Below, piece by piece: positions 63,935 to 64,000 of a stretch of DNA of 64,000 bases (its first letter is position 1; every line of letters begins with the position of its first letter). A model generated the notes under the pieces. It saw nothing but the letters and a program-made list of their open reading frames with translations. It ran no database searches and was not told the origin of the DNA. The stretch covers positions 2,623 to 66,622 of the forward strand of contig BJHK01000001.1 in assembly GCA_014192425.1 (NCBI GenBank). Direction: 5' to 3'. A program made the position numbers and the translations under genes. Source of the stretch: Planctomycetia bacterium (GTDB lineage: Bacteria > Planctomycetota > Planctomycetia > Pirellulales > UBA1268).

Positions 63935-64000
63935 CAGTTCCATTCTACCCCATTGCGGCGGCGGACGGGCCACTGCAGCAAGTTGACCGTGCCGGCATCC

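Noticed and set aside
63775-63981. 68-aa minus-strand ORF at the window end
   Set aside because: It lies inside the RNase P RNA gene, whose conserved regions are unambiguous.

Overview
High-GC bacterial chromosome segment (GC judged by eye, not computed). It is very probably Planctomycetota: it has a DUF1559 protein with a prepilin-type N-terminus, futalosine-pathway menaquinone genes, H4MPT-linked C1 genes, and many 4-nt start/stop overlaps. I support about 55 CDS, 2 tRNAs (Arg-TCT, Lys-CTT) and RNase P RNA. Core content: two AbrB/PIN toxin-antitoxin pairs; mqnA, an MqnE/C-type radical SAM enzyme and an amidohydrolase; an unknown-protein + ABC ATPase + large-permease operon; aroA; Fe-ADH; an ovoA operon with an ADP-ribosylglycohydrolase-like gene and a polar amino-acid ABC importer; a STAS-headed ABC importer operon; a NagB-LmbE fusion; AI-2E, RluA, MMPL, fabI, yidD-rnpA, a J-protein, MscS and ppk1; and an H4MPT cluster (CitG-like, PTPS-like, mch, RimK-like). 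The most unusual region is 32.2-41.8 kb. tRNA-Arg(TCT) is followed by seven tandem 125/126-bp units, each built from the tRNA 3' end plus a 99-nt triple-hairpin module. An eighth, degenerate unit lies 8.6 kb away, next to an internally deleted ISAs1 element. The DNA between them looks lower in GC and is full of decayed genes: a ribose-type binding protein with one in-frame TAA, aldo-keto reductase, nucleotidyltransferase and SGNH fragments, and IS91-family remnants. Other points are a perfect 6 x 24-bp tandem repeat upstream of a ribbon-helix-helix gene, an in-frame TGA splitting a DUF2157/GDYXXLXY-like gene, and a response regulator lacking its N-terminus. All family calls come from motif recognition by eye. 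Start codons are best guesses, and no searches or computations were run.
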